Below, piece after piece: positions 14,208-28,600 of a stretch of 64,000 nt of DNA. The notes beneath the pieces are model-generated. The model did not search any database. It saw nothing but the letters and a program-made list of their open reading frames with translations, and was not told the origin of the DNA. Position 1 is the stretch's first letter, and every line of letters begins with the position of its first letter. The DNA is from Chrysomallon squamiferum (Eukaryota; Animalia; Mollusca): the NCBI GenBank assembly GCA_012295275.1, contig CM022665.1, positions 9,424,001 through 9,488,000 of the forward strand. The letters run 5' to 3'. A program made the translations under genes and the position numbers.

Positions 14208-15078
14208 CTGTAACATAAAAACAGTGCTCTGAATGATAAAGTAAAACAAACTTTTCTATGATGTTTCAAAATTATTATTATTATTATAGTCGTTGTTCTT
14301 GTTCATGTTGTTGTTGTTGTTTTTATTAATACTGTTAATGTCTTTAATTATTAGCATGTAATCTGTCATTTATTCTGAATCATGGTTATATCCATTAGGT
14401 ATTCAAAGAAATGTGTCTTGCAGGATCCTAGGTTGCTGCCTAACCTAGACAGTGTTAGTGTGTTTGAGAATTAGAAGAGTTTGAGTAGATCTTACTCCCA
14501 TAATTAGCCGATGGAATAATCAGTGCGTCATGGTGAACGATACTATTATTAAAGGAGTCATTGTTTTATTTAACTTCTCACTTATTTGTGGTAATGCGGG
14601 ATACATAGTAACCGTTGCTGATTTATCGTTAGTTAGTTGTAACAGAATAGCAGCGATATTTTTTTATTGCGTTTGTAACTATACTAACAATGCGATGATT
14701 AATATTTTCTGAACGTACACCTTGTTTTGTGTCACAGCTATGGCTTATTGCTGTAACACGTGTTACGAAGTGTATTAGAAATAAGCGTTTTTTCACGTCA
14801 CACATAAACAGCTTATGATAAACACTCGAGACAATGTTTCCCCACAGTCTCCAAAACCAATCACGGAGTAAACTGATTTCTTATTATAATGGCTGCTAAT
14901 AATCAAAAACACAAAAACGGTTTTAATTAGCATTGACTATTAAACATTTTTGCTTGCTATGAATATATATATATATGTGCATAAATATGGATAATAATTT
15001 CTTTCCTCGAGGGAGGGTAAGAGTTCAAGCAAGTATTCACGCAATCATGTTCATATTACTATTGAAACCCATACTCAC

Positions 15079-15304
15079 ATCAATGTAATCAACCTTTGCA
15101 CTGTACATGACGTGACGCGATCCCAGGTCGTGCAGCATGTCCTGCAGCTTTTTAGGTTCGTTGATTCGTGCAAGGCACTTCTCTACGGTGCCCATTACTC
15201 GCAGTGCATGGGACCTCAGCTGATTGCTGTACTTCAGATCTTCCATTGATTTACCTTTGAATGGCTCAAACACATCCTGCACATCTGGATGAGTTTCAAA
15301 CAGT
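15079..15304 (-). CDS. GbX: Globin X-like gene, shared exon 2 (helices B13-G6, heme-binding core)
   Basis: Acceptor TTTTAG| at 15306-15305 and donor |GTGAGT at 15078. The 226 nt encode LFETHPDVQDVFEPFKGKSMEDLKYSNQLRSHALRVMGTVEKCLARINEPKKLQDMLHDLGSRHVMYSAKVDYID, with CD1 Phe, distal His E7 (SHAL) and proximal His F8 (SRH). LFETHP and LRxHxLRVM match vertebrate globin X as remembered. Confidence 0.95.
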
Positions 15305-18302
15305 CTAAAAGTAAAGAGACAAAAATTTACTTAAACGAAATTTTAATCAGATGATATTACCGAGAACAACAGTTATTACCGTTAAGTTAACTTTCTTCTT
15401 GTACTGATGCTGCTGCTGCTGCTACTACGACTACTAGTACTATAACAACAACAACAACTACTACTACTACTACTACTTTTACTACTGCTACTGTTAATTA
15501 TTATAATAAAAGATAATATAATAATAACACTGTTCATAAAATTTCTTTTACTATTTTGTAATCACATAATTATATTTTAAAAGAAAAAAAAAAAAAAAAA
15601 AAAAAACCAACGTTGTCTCTAAAGTCATATGATTTCCCACATGGTCAGTTTTGTTTGTCACGTTTGTAAAATATTTAGCAGTTTTGATCAAAATAACTGT
15701 GAAAATGACAGGTTGTCGATATTACAACGAGCTTGTAAAGCTGATAATTATTAGTTGCAGAAATGACAGGTACCGTCTCTCCAAGAAGAATCATGACATA
15801 CTAAAAGATATCATAGGCTTTCACCGACGGAATCCTTGGAAATTAATACAGTATAAAAATCACAGTCCTTTTTCATGTTTACTGTGTTTTTTAATAACGA
15901 CTTGGTTCGTGATGAATCCTACTAAAACGACACACCGACATTTGATTAATTCGTGTTGTGTGTTTTATTGTATACGCGGCTTTGAAAATTGAAACACTGT
16001 TTAAATCTGCTTCATAAACAAGTATTAATAAACCAAGGTCAAATATGACAGATTGAATCACTACCATGGCGCCAAACCCCTTTTTGTTAGGAATTCTTAC
16101 TTTACTAATTTTTTTTTTTCTTTTGTGTTCTTCTTCTTCTTCCATTTTACCTTTTTTTTAAATTTATTTATTTAACAAAAATAAAAGCAAGAGATCACGC
16201 GTTGATTCGAGGAGGAAAACACACACACTAGGAACAGATTATTTCGTTAGTAGCTCATAAATGAATATGTTTAAGAAAAGTGCATTAATTCTGATAATGT
16301 TGTCATTTCCATTAAAGGCCAGACCATCAATTCCAGGTTAATATTAATAGTAAAATCCGCGGTTCCTTCTGCAATTCTGAGACAGACGAAAACGATTATA
16401 GCATTAATATAAATAGCTGTCTGCTGTTTGTGATTGGATTTATTTTACTATTTATGTTCTTGTTATTTGCTAGGCTAAACATATTTAGTCAGTGTCTCAG
16501 TTCTGACATTGTTAAATAAAACGGAGACGAAAGACAATATTGCACTTTATTCAGCAGTGACACGCATACACACGTAAATACATATATAAATACATTCACA
16601 AATTCATCCATCCACCCTTAAATGTATAGTAATACACACATACATGGATACATACATACATACATACATATATTCTTACAAATAAAATCTAAGCACATAC
16701 ACACACATGCATACTTACATCCACACATCATACCACATACCAATATCTACACGAATAAATATTTGATCACAGATACGGAAAGAGACTTACGAATCATTTT
16801 AATACTGGTGTGTTTAATTTACTTAAAACAATTAATAATAAATAAATAATGAAATAAAAATAACAAATAAAATAAAATCATCTGAAACAAAACACAACAA
16901 AAAACAACAAAACAACAACAAACTATCAAAACAAACATATAAACAAATACCGCACCAGATTGTATTTCTAAAAACTGGGGCACTGCAGACAATGAGTTTT
17001 ATAAGAAACTTTTGTATTCCGAATGGAGTCTATAAAATAAAAATGATTGTTGAGGAAAACCTATTTATGAAGGAAAAGGTTGACCTTTATTTAACCACTC
17101 TGAAGAGGCAAAGAAGCCTCGTTTTAGCGTAAAGAGACGGCACTGTATCAGAAATCAGACGACAATTAAAAAATATCAACGAAAACTTCTTTGACGCAAA
17201 AAGCTTTTAGCAAATCGTACACTTTGACGAGAATAAATACACCAACAAATCTGTCTGTGTTCACTGTATTTCCTGCAGTTTTATTTGAACATCATTATTT
17301 GGAGTGCTTCATCGTACGTACGTCCATTTCTGTAAAAGTGGAGATAGACATTATTACCGAGAAAAACACAGACCTTACTCATTTAGAAAAGTTATGAATA
17401 ATCTGAGTATAACTGCAATACTAAATTGTCAGCCTCTTTGATTATAAAAAGACCATCTGTACTAATACTTTGTTTTCTATATTATTATGCATCGTATTTA
17501 CCAAACTGGGAGTTACCTTTTGCGTGAATGAGAGAGTTTTGTTTATTATATATGTGTGTGTGTGTGTGAATAAACATGTTAAATATAATAGTCTCGCTCT
17601 CTCTCTGTATATATAGATGTGTGTGTGTGTATACATACATACATATATATATATATTTTTATCATATATCCTGATTATATACTCACATAATTACTTATTC
17701 AGATGCATTAAAGAAGTCGTTTATAGCTCTTATGTAATAACATATTACTTTGGGTTATCATGAAAAGTATACAATCCATTAACGAAATATCACGACAAAC
17801 ACTGTTATGTTTCTCTTGTTATTACGAAATCTAACAAGCACTGATGCTCTGAAGTGAAAAAATAAAAAATGAAATATGAAATTGTGTCAACTTACAGTTC
17901 AAACATACATAATATGTAATCACAACTGTTTGTTACGGCTTGACTCAGTTTCATGCCTTTATTATACATTTTCTATTTGAATATGATTGTCACAGTTTGA
18001 CCGCGTTTCCAAACCTGAGGAATCGATCGCAGCATGAGAAATTAGTATTGGATGCTGACAAGGTAATATAAAATAGTCACTTACATAAAAATATTGTTGA
18101 ATCTGAAAACATAAACTTTTAAAAAGTCGCAGGTATTAACTTTAGATTTTAATCAGTATTGTTACGAGAAAGTGAAATCGGTGAGATTTACCTTAAGTTA
18201 TTGTTACTATTAAATACAACAACAACCAAACAAACAAAAAAAAAAAAAAAAAAAATTGTATTTAACGGTGCAGTCAACACATTTTTATTATTTTTATTTT
18301 TA

Positions 18303-18342
<40 letters not shown>

Positions 18343-18832
18343 AAAAAAAAATTTTTTTTTTTTCCCCTTAAAATCAACAGTTGACAGTAATTTCATTCAC
18401 TGCAAGCTAAATTATAAGCACTGAGTAGAGGTTTTGACTAAAATAATCTATGACCTATTTAATAAAGTTTTATTTAGAATGACAGCTCCCAGCTGAAAGC
18501 AAACTCTTGAAAAGTCTCGGCAGGGATTACTGAAATGTCATCACACTTTTCTCTATAGGTGAACCAGGTCACTTGAACCGCAGACAGACGTTACAATTGA
18601 ATTAGCCAAAAACAAAAGAAACAATTTAAAAAAATAAAAAAATAAAAAAAGTACAAAAGAAGGTACGAAAAAATAAATGTCTATGAGATTCATTTTTTTT
18701 TTTTTTTTTTTTTTCAAAATATCAACTGCCATGTTAGTGAAACTATTTACTTGGTTCTAATAACTAAAATATTCTAGTCAGTATCTTTTGTCATTTTTGT
18801 TCTTGTACCAACAACAGTAAAGACCGTGCTTA

Positions 18833-18896
<64 letters not shown>

Positions 18897-18969
18897 CATG
18901 CATGCATACCCACATCCATCCATAGATAAAAAAAAATCCTTGATGTTAATAATTTAACATTCATAAAAA

Positions 18970-19029
<60 letters not shown>

Positions 19030-20360
19030 CAAACGTTCTGCGAAACCAATATAAGCTACATCAGGGAGAATGTTATTACCCGAGTACGATATGAAAGCAA
19101 CTACGCGATCATGGTCAATTTTTGTTCAAAGTGTGAGAAGTAATCAACTGCTGTTATTGGAGTGAATTACATCTTACGTGCAAGAAATATCACATTTTAT
19201 TTAAGTCTACTGCAGGTCCTCCTCGTAAGAAGAATTCGGAAACGACATCGAGTCCCTGGGGGAAAGCTCCAGAGCAGATCTGATTTTAACTCATCAGTGC
19301 GCTTTTGTGAGGACTGGGTGGCTTACAAATTGCGGCAATGTCCAATGTCAAGTGTATCTATTGAAATAAATCGTTAATGATTTTCTCTGTGGCTCTCTAT
19401 TATGAACCGTTGTCTATTTGCGAGGCTGAGCCGACGGCCTGCATTTGTCTTTGTCATCGGGACATTTTCTTCAGGATGTGGTGTATGTGTGCGCCTGCTT
19501 TACATAGTTTGTACAGAGCCAATTTGTTCGCCGCGACAATAACTAGCTTTTCAATTTAACTTGTTCCTTCCCGGGAACCCAGTTTGTTTGACTCTTTTTA
19601 GCTACTTAGCTATCCGTAAAATCAATCTGAACAGCCAGACTGTTAAAAATTACTCCTACTAGTTTATCTGGTCATCACCAATGAAAGCGAACGTAATTTA
19701 CTTTTGAAAAATGAAACGAAATAATTGCGTGGGTTTTGCCTGTACAAGGTACGTTACTAGTAAGAAAGAGGACGTCGTCACCTTGACAATGTAATTGCAG
19801 GGCGAGGGTAACATAATCAGAGACAGTGTACTGAAATCACTGCAGTACGTGCTGTCTGCGTAGAGCTATAATCATTGTTACAGCGATGTCAAACATCGGC
19901 AATTTTCTTATATAGTTTAATATTACCTCTATTAATGAAGCACTTTAATTGTTTAAATATATAATTAAATCAGTTTGTTGATGTTTTCCTTCAGTATACT
20001 ATTAACCAAATTTTTCTGGCGATTATTTTCTTGGTCACCTTTGTTAGTAGTAATCTACTTATCTGGAATCTGACGTGTTACATTAATATGATTCTTAAGA
20101 AACAATAAAAGTATTTTCCAAATACAAATTGAGTAATAAGGTAAGAAAATACATTAGTACCGCTGTTTACTGTAAAGCCAAGAAAATCTTTACACAAATT
20201 ATGGTTCTGGTCTGTCTGTTGATGAACGTCTTGTTGTCACGAGACAATGCTATGGTTGTAAAGACGAAGCCGAGGCAAACTATTTCATGGCGAGAAAAAT
20301 AGTATGGCTATTATCTTCCTTAGCGAGACCGGAATTTCTTTAATGTTGGGAATTAACCAA

Positions 20361-20403
<43 letters not shown>

Positions 20404-20517
20404 ATTATTATTATTTAATAGTATTTCCCGAATGGAAATTCAAATGACAGATTAATGCTAAAAAAAGCTTACAAGAACAAACAACAACAACAACAACAAC
20501 AATAATAGTAATAATAA

Positions 20518-20589
<72 letters not shown>

Positions 20590-22875
20590 CTTCCAGCTTT
20601 TATCAAGATCATTTCCCAGAATGAATATACAGTTATTTCTCTCTCACCATACATAACATTATGGTATGTTTGTTGTTCGTTTTCTGTTTGTTCGGAACAT
20701 TATATGATCACTATTTGAAAATACCAGTAATTTATATTCTTTTGCGTGTTTTAATATGTTGTTTTAGAGTAATATGTAAATAAACAATATTTTACAGAAC
20801 GGGGCATATACAATCAACATCAGGCTCATATAAATACAATAAAATCAGATGAAATCCTTGCAATAAATATAATCGGAGTGAGCGTCTGATAAATACACTA
20901 AAATAAGCGTGATAGTGTTGCAATAAATATAATCACAGTGACCTTTGGACCTATAAATATGGTGTGATTAAATTCAAGGTCTTATAATAAAGTGAAAAAG
21001 GTCTACAAATGGACTAAAATTACATTTAAGGTATTTTAACAGTTAAACTGAAGATCATAATTACTATAAATACAATCGCAGTATGTAATGCTAATTAAAA
21101 AATCAAAATAATAATAATAATTAATAATAATAATTAAAAAAAACAGAACCATATAATTATGTCATCAAAGGAACAGAATTATAATTACAACATAAAGATT
21201 AACTATTATAATCATAGTGTTGTCTGAAGAAAAACAATTGTGATATTACAACCAATGCAAGCAATGTGCTTTAACATGAAGAATGAAATCAGCGCTATCA
21301 GTGTGAAGACAGCGTGGCGAGAATGAGAGATCAACAGTCAGATGAGAATGTCGAAAAAGAAAAGAATCACTGGTTTTTAATCAGATGCTGTTAGATATAA
21401 GACATTACAATTACCACCGCGCTTGACGCTGGTAGCGAAGGGCATGCCCGCGCTACTGTTTCTCCTTGCAATATTCCCCGCCATAGCATATCTCTCGTAT
21501 TAACGTTCTCTCACTTAGAGCACCTATCAAAGGAGACTGATTCGCAAGACGTATCAGCGCACTTTGATATACCAGATATGGAGACGTGGAAAGAACGAAA
21601 TAACTGAATTCTCTAGGAATTGCCAACTTAAAGAAGAATGAACGTGCCCGCTGGCGTATATGGGTGATGCAATTTCAAATAGTTACGGGAACACGTATGG
21701 ACGGAATCGACTGTATCAGATGAGCTGTTATTTGGATGGTTATCTACCAGTACAAAATCACTTCTCAGTTCAGTTTCAGTAACAGAAACATTTACATCCA
21801 TTTAAATCGGTACAAAGCTTATTAAAAATCTGAATGAAATGGTGTGAGAGAAGTTCTTACACTTATATATATATATATACACATTGAGAAAAACATGATC
21901 TCAGACGTCTATTTATACTGTTATTAAGTTTGACCCCAATTTCACACTTCTGTAAATCAATTATTGTGGCTCTCTTGGGGTCACAGTAATGTCTGCTCCG
22001 TGTCTTTAAGCGAAAAGTGCAAGACGTATTAAGCAATTTCAAAGAGCGAACGTTGAACTTGTAATGTTGTTTAGTGATCGCACGAATTGGTGGGATATTT
22101 AACAATAATCATCGACATCGCTGGTCACTTTGAACATGAATCATGTCGGTAACAGAATTCTATTTTTAAATCACGTACTCTCTGATCTGCACTAACACTG
22201 ACACAAAATTTATTTAAATTAGAAATCCATTTTAACTGTCACGACAGAAATAAATGTAAGGAGAAATCGATATAAAAATGTTTTAAAAAACTATAATGAT
22301 GTAATAGCGACAACAGATTTCCTTTCTCAGTATCACGTTAAAAAAGATCATGTATCTGAGACGTAATAACCATCAACTTCAAAATATGTTGAGATCTTTC
22401 ATCTGGAACACACTGAAGCTTGATAATTATTCCGAAATAATTAGCATTACGTTGTTTAATACCGTTTCTCTGCTTTATACAATAATCGCAGAATAGATAG
22501 AATTTATCAATATCGACTGAGCTTGGCGTTAAGAGGCTGACTGAATTCTAAAAGTCCAGAAATTATTACTGCCATTTCCTCTATTACTCAACAGAACTGC
22601 AATTTAGTGCTTGATGCTCTTTAAGCTATTTTAGATCTCTGAATTACAAGATACTGCTGTTTATTAAACATTTATTCTCTTTTAAATATGATTCACGCTG
22701 TTGTTGACGGCGAAGCCTTTCTGTACTCATCTTCGTAGTCGTTGTGTGATTATCTCACTTAATCAGCGGGATGTTACTGCTAGCTTCCAGCGATATAATC
22801 ACCTAACACAATTAGCAACATCACACAGCAACATCTCGATGTTACTGTCGTGAGTTAATGCATAATACTAACAAT

Positions 22876-22908
<33 letters not shown>

Positions 22909-24424
22909 CTTACAACGGATTATGTCAGTTTAATCTCAGAGGTTTTGTTTCAGTCTGGCAAATCTAGGTCTAGTTTTTCCACCGTGAACAATGACCACTG
23001 GTCACCGGTCAGTCAGAGGACAGCTCACATTATGTCTTCATTTTTGACGTTAACAAGATGGATGAGTATTAGAATCTTCACTTAAGAAAAAGAAAAAAGA
23101 AGAAAAAAAGAAACAACTATAAGCTAGGTGATTTTAGAGGAAAGGAAAACAATTTCAGCCGTTCAGTGACATCAAGTCTAAATAAATGTAATAATATTTC
23201 GAATCTTTATAATGTATGTTCTTTTCATCCTGCCTTTGGTTTGGAGTTGGGGGTCATATTTCAAATTAGATGCATTAAACAATATTTATTATAATTTATT
23301 ATATATTCGTCGAAATGACATTTAAAAAACTTTATTCTACTTCATTTTCAAGTTCAAATAGCAAAATATTTAACAAAGAATGTTTACTTAAATGCGCTCG
23401 GTTTAGATGTTTAATTGTTATATTTAAGAAAACTGTTAGCAAGAGAAATAAAATTAATTTTCCATTGAAGTTATCGAAGTTTTCAAAGTTAAATATTCAT
23501 TAAACATTTTAAGTTATTTACCAAAGAAGTTGTGAAAATTCAAAATGTCGGAGATCATGTTCCATCTTGTTTATATTTTCTGAAAGTGGTAGGGACGTGC
23601 CCCTCAGATCTCCAGTTACCAGTTAATACTCATAAGAAAAGTAAGATATCATCTGTTAACAATATTTTCGTTGATATAAACAAACAAACAACGTTATAAA
23701 AGTCAACGAATTTTCTACAAACATCCTATTCAGTCACAGATTGTAAATTAATCAGTATCACTGATGTATGGATGAATAAATGAATGAATGGACACATTAA
23801 TTGATGAATAAATGAAATTAATTAACTCAACATCTTAGTAAGGGAAGAAAGTTACATATGTATCAGTATCGTGTCTTTCGAGCAAAACCATACAGGTAAA
23901 AAAGCCTTTGATGTGATTTCTTTTGCATATGCTTAATAGTAAAATTGGTATTTATTTAATTCCGTTTAACTAAATAAAGACTCAGGAGAAAGAAAAAAAA
24001 TAACAAAAACACTATTTTTACTGGAGAAACGCATGTATTACGCTATGCTAAAATTTACTTTAAAGGAAAGAGAAGAAAATGGAAAATAACTACATAACCA
24101 TGGAATGGTATCTTAGAACAGATCTTGAAGATGTCAACAAGCATGCAATGACATTTAGAAGATTGTTGTAAATATTCATCAAGCTAGCAAAACATGTAAT
24201 AAATATGATAACAGGATGTGCAGATAACTATTTAATCACTGAATTTAACGACATATCTGTTTGTTTTCATTTACAAACACACCAACTGGGGAGGTAGATA
24301 ACCACTGCTAACGAACGGCTGCAAGATAATCATAGATTTTAATTCTTAATGATAATACTACGGATATCGTACGTATTCTTTGTTTATCTAGGTTTCAAGC
24401 AAAGTCATGCAATTTTTAGCTCAC

Positions 24425-24660
24425 CTAAGGAAAATTACAACTCCTACTTTGTATATTTCCATTTCAATAATAGACCAGGATTCCGCGAGCAGTCGCTTCT
24501 GTTCTTCTGTAAACACGACGCCATGTTTCATAGAATCCTTCACCGGAACTTCTCCGACACCGTTTTCATTGTCGTTGATTTCATTCTTTTTCGTGTACGT
24601 AATATGGACGTCGCCTTTAGATGACGATGTAATTAGGTTTTTGGAAATGTATCCTCCCAT
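24425..24660 (-). CDS. GbX: Globin X-like gene, alternative first coding exon 1c
   Basis: MGGYISK...FTEEQKRLLAESWSIIEMEIYKVGVVIFL(R). The exon ends AG|GTGAGC (GT at 24424-24423), phase 2. AG+A = Arg, in frame with exon 2, giving 197 aa. Confidence 0.88.
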
Positions 24661-24733
24661 AATGATTTTTCAGTGTTTTGAAGGCGGGTGTTAAAACTGC
24701 AAGTATTGTTCGAAACGTCAAAACTATAGATTC

Positions 24734-25030
24734 AAGTACGTTATTTTTTTTTTTCAGTAATATAAATACAAGTCGGTTATTTCTAGAAATTATTAATACA
24801 AGTCCGTTATTTCTCAGAAAGTATAAATACAAGTCCTTTATTTCTTAGAAACTATAAGTACAAGTCCCTTATTTCTCAGAAACCGTAAATACAAGTTTGT
24901 TATTCATCAGAAACTATAAGTACAAGTCCGTTTTTTTTTTCTTCAGAATCTTTAAGTCACTTGTTTCTCAGAAACTGTACGAACAAATACGTTATTTCTT
25001 AGAAAAATTATAAGTACAAGTCCGCTATTT
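24734..25030. repeat. ~31-bp minisatellite, about 9 degenerate units
   Basis: Tandem units resembling AAGTCCGTTATTTCTCAGAAACTATAAGTAC, with no spacers between them. Confidence 0.85.
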
Positions 25031-25973
25031 CAAAGTATTAAGACATTAGTAGTGGAAAAGCTAAAAACTAAAATGTTTCTTGCAACACAGAGACATTGCG
25101 TTTTAAAAAAGAGTTGTTTCCAGAAAGCTAGTTGTTGACATATAAATCAACATAGCTCCGTCTTCCACGACTCTGTTTTCTTAATACTGGTCTTAGGAAA
25201 TCTAAATCTAAAGTAATCTTCATATAACTCATGTAACTGTAACACCTAATGTTGATATAACAGGATAGGCTACTAACCTTTAATTCCAAATTACTCATTA
25301 TTTACTGGAAACATTACGTCCGAGTATTTTTTATTATTTTTATTTTGCGTCTTTGTTGTGTGCAGTGTTTGAGAAGAACAAAAAGAAGAAAATAATTAAA
25401 CGAGATTTTCAAAAGTAAAACAGGTTTAATGTATTCTTTTCTTTCTTTTTCTTTAATAAAAAAAACAAAAAAAAAAAAAAAATCTATGGAATAAATATAA
25501 TCTCATGAGACTATTTTTAAATATTAGAACAAATTATTTTCATACATTTTTTTTTTCCCTCATCGAAGCAGTTTATTTTTATACGTGCTGTGTAGTTTTA
25601 TAAAATTATTTACACTTAAAAATAAACACGAGCGAACACAGATGGAGACACAGGGAGATGCACAGAGAGAAAGAGAAAAATATTTTATTATTGAAGAGCT
25701 CAGTTCTGTTATTTAACCAATATAGTCTTCACAGAGGTTCACAAAAGAAAATAAATTTAACTTATATTGCCAGTAATAGAAATAAGCAGAACTGTAATCA
25801 CGAAATATGACGCAAAACACAGGAAATGAGAAATACGCTGAATTAAAATTTAAGTCTTACGAGCCAGACCTTTATGACAGGATTAAAAAGATGGACCGTT
25901 TAGCTCTTTAGTTTATCCGTTTTAATTTCTTCAGTCACAGGTAAATGTGATATTTGATCAACTTTAAAATTTC

Positions 25974-26022
<49 letters not shown>

Positions 26023-26255
26023 TATAATAATACATTATTTTGATGTTGTCAGCAAGATTAAAGCTTCGATCATAATTATTAATTTGTTACGGTTGTCAGT
26101 GACTTCCTGCCAGCTTCGGTTATTTTGTTATAAAAATATTAGTATGAATGTAGACAAATAATACATATTCAGTAACACACATACACATACAAATGCCACA
26201 TGTAGATACACATGCAGACACAGACTTAGAAAAGAGAGAGAGAGAGAAAAAGATT

Positions 26256-26328
<73 letters not shown>

Positions 26329-28549
26329 TACGATATTTACACGCACACAAAAAAAAAACCTGCAAAAATAAAAACAAAAATAATGTAAAGCCCATAGATG
26401 ATTCTGGTTTATATAGAAACAAAGACACATATTTGATTAAAGTTGAACTCTCTATATATTCAATAGCACACACAGGAATCATTCTTAATACAACAAAGAA
26501 GTCACGCCTTAAACAGACATATTGTCATTCTCTTCCTGCGTTATCTATAACCATCTGCCTCCGAATTACAGCGATCAATGCGCAGGGTAACAGACGTTGT
26601 TAGGTATCTCTCTTTTTATTTTTTTTAAATTTTAAATCTATAACAAGATTTTACGATTCCCGTCCCCTCTTTTCAGCAAATTACATCGAGATATTATTTC
26701 TTAGTGAGTAATAAATAGAAATGCCCATCCTCTCGTTCTTGCTTTGTCAAGATCGGAAATATGAGTTTCTGTTGACTTGTCGAGGAATGTGTGCTATGAT
26801 ATTGAGAATTTGTTTAAAAAAAAGAAAGAAAAAGAAAAAGGATGTTGTTGCAGTCCTTGAAATCAGTAAATACAGATGGCACAGTTACGAGTCTTAAAGT
26901 CAGAATTTCGAATTTCAGAATTTCACAGAAAACAAGTCACATGAGAGCAAAATCAACGAATAGGATTGTCTACAAAAGACAGAAAATTCTGGAGGATGTG
27001 ATAAAATGATGTCTATAATGTTGCGGTCATGACGTCATTTGGATTTATACAAATGGGAATTTCTCCAGAGTTAATATGGCAATTCTGTAGTTAAGATACC
27101 AAGATACCGATGAAAATGCTAAATAAAAAATAATAATAATAAAAAAAAATCAAATAATAATAATAAAATACTAAAAACAATAATATTGTTTTCTCTCATT
27201 TATATACACGCACATATAAATGAGAGAAAATAATGAGAGGTTTCAGTTAGTTCCGTGGAACATATTCTATTTTTATACTTTATTATTAACAAAGATTGGT
27301 TGGATGATCAAATATATTAAAGACTCGCAAAAATACTAAGTTAATATATATAATTTGCTCGTGTCATGAAAGGTACACTTTAAATTATTTAATAAAAATC
27401 AGGCTATTATTTCGTGTTATCGCTTTAGTGTTATAGTTAATTAATGGCAGTTAATTTAACCGAATAACAGAGGAGAAAACGATCTTGTATTTTGTATCGA
27501 TAAAATTTAAGTGCAGTCACCTTTAAAAACTCTGCCTGAAACGTATCATCTCGCAGAGAAGCAGTGTTTTGTGTATCTAATATATAATAGCTGTGATATT
27601 TTAACATACATCTTAGAACGGAATTTTTGCTTGGCTTAACACATGCTAAAACTGTATTAATGAATGTCGTGTGTCATTAATATACAAGCTGTTTTTAACT
27701 GAACATATTAAAAGGAAAAGATGTTTTCCTTATCTGTGTCGGCGATTCACAGATCAACTGATAAAGTTATGAGTCGCTTAACGACCAAACGCATATACGC
27801 CCGTAACCTGTAACAATGATAAGAAAATGACGCGGATAAAAAGATAACAACATTCAGAAAACGGGATTCATCAGAAGTAATTGGCCTTAAAGCGGAAATG
27901 ATTACATATGTGTCACATTTTCTTAAACAAAAGTAGATCTGCTGACAGGAGTTTGGTAATATAGTTCAGTAACCATAAATCCATAATATGTTTTCATAGA
28001 TATATTATGAGAAACCATCTATGATACTGGTTTACGGTGTTTGGCTATGATATAGTTTATAGTACAGAAGTTTTATAATTTAATTTCCTTACTTACGAAA
28101 TGCATGTACACTGCTGTGTTCCACGTACGAAGTTTACAACGTGATGTCAGGACAACAACGTCCAATTCGGTTAACGTCACGTTTCTAGGAACGCATCTAG
28201 GACGTTAAGTGACGTAGGACTGTATTTCATTCCAGTAAGGGCCATACATAGTTCATCAAAGTGACGCGTTACGTGCTTTGCTGCTTAAAGGAAGATGCAC
28301 ACAAAGCAACTGTTTTTGTTAGTAAAACATGTAAATGGAGTGGCATCAGTGGGTTTCTTCTCTAATAATATCATTACAAAAAATAACAAACAAAAAAAAA
28401 AATTAAAAAAAATGTATACAATAATTTTAGCATCATGTCCAGAAGACAAATAATTAAAATAATTTGTTAATTCACTTAATATGCAACACAGAGGAATCCA
28501 GGATAACATTAAGCAAAAAACGAAAGAGAAGAAACAACAAAACAACAAC

Positions 28550-28600
<51 letters not shown>

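Noticed and set aside
15037-15078. ORF-track extension of globin exon 2 (VSMGFNSNMNMIA)
   Set aside because: Read-through into intron 2 past the GTGAGT donor; the true continuation is exon 3 at 14207.
19245-19300. Minus-strand CTGATGAG suggesting a hammerhead ribozyme core
   Set aside because: No GAAA after a closing stem II and no convincing stems I and III. The CTGAAGAG hairpin near 17100 fails the same test.
21400-21720. GC-richer intronic island with an AA|GTGAGA donor-like site near 21514
   Set aside because: The phase-2 frame translates to sequence with no globin A-B similarity, so it is not a further variable exon.
24734-25030. Regular ~31-bp repeats resembling a CRISPR array
   Set aside because: Units are contiguous with no unique spacers, there are no cas genes, and the context is eukaryotic intron; it is a minisatellite.
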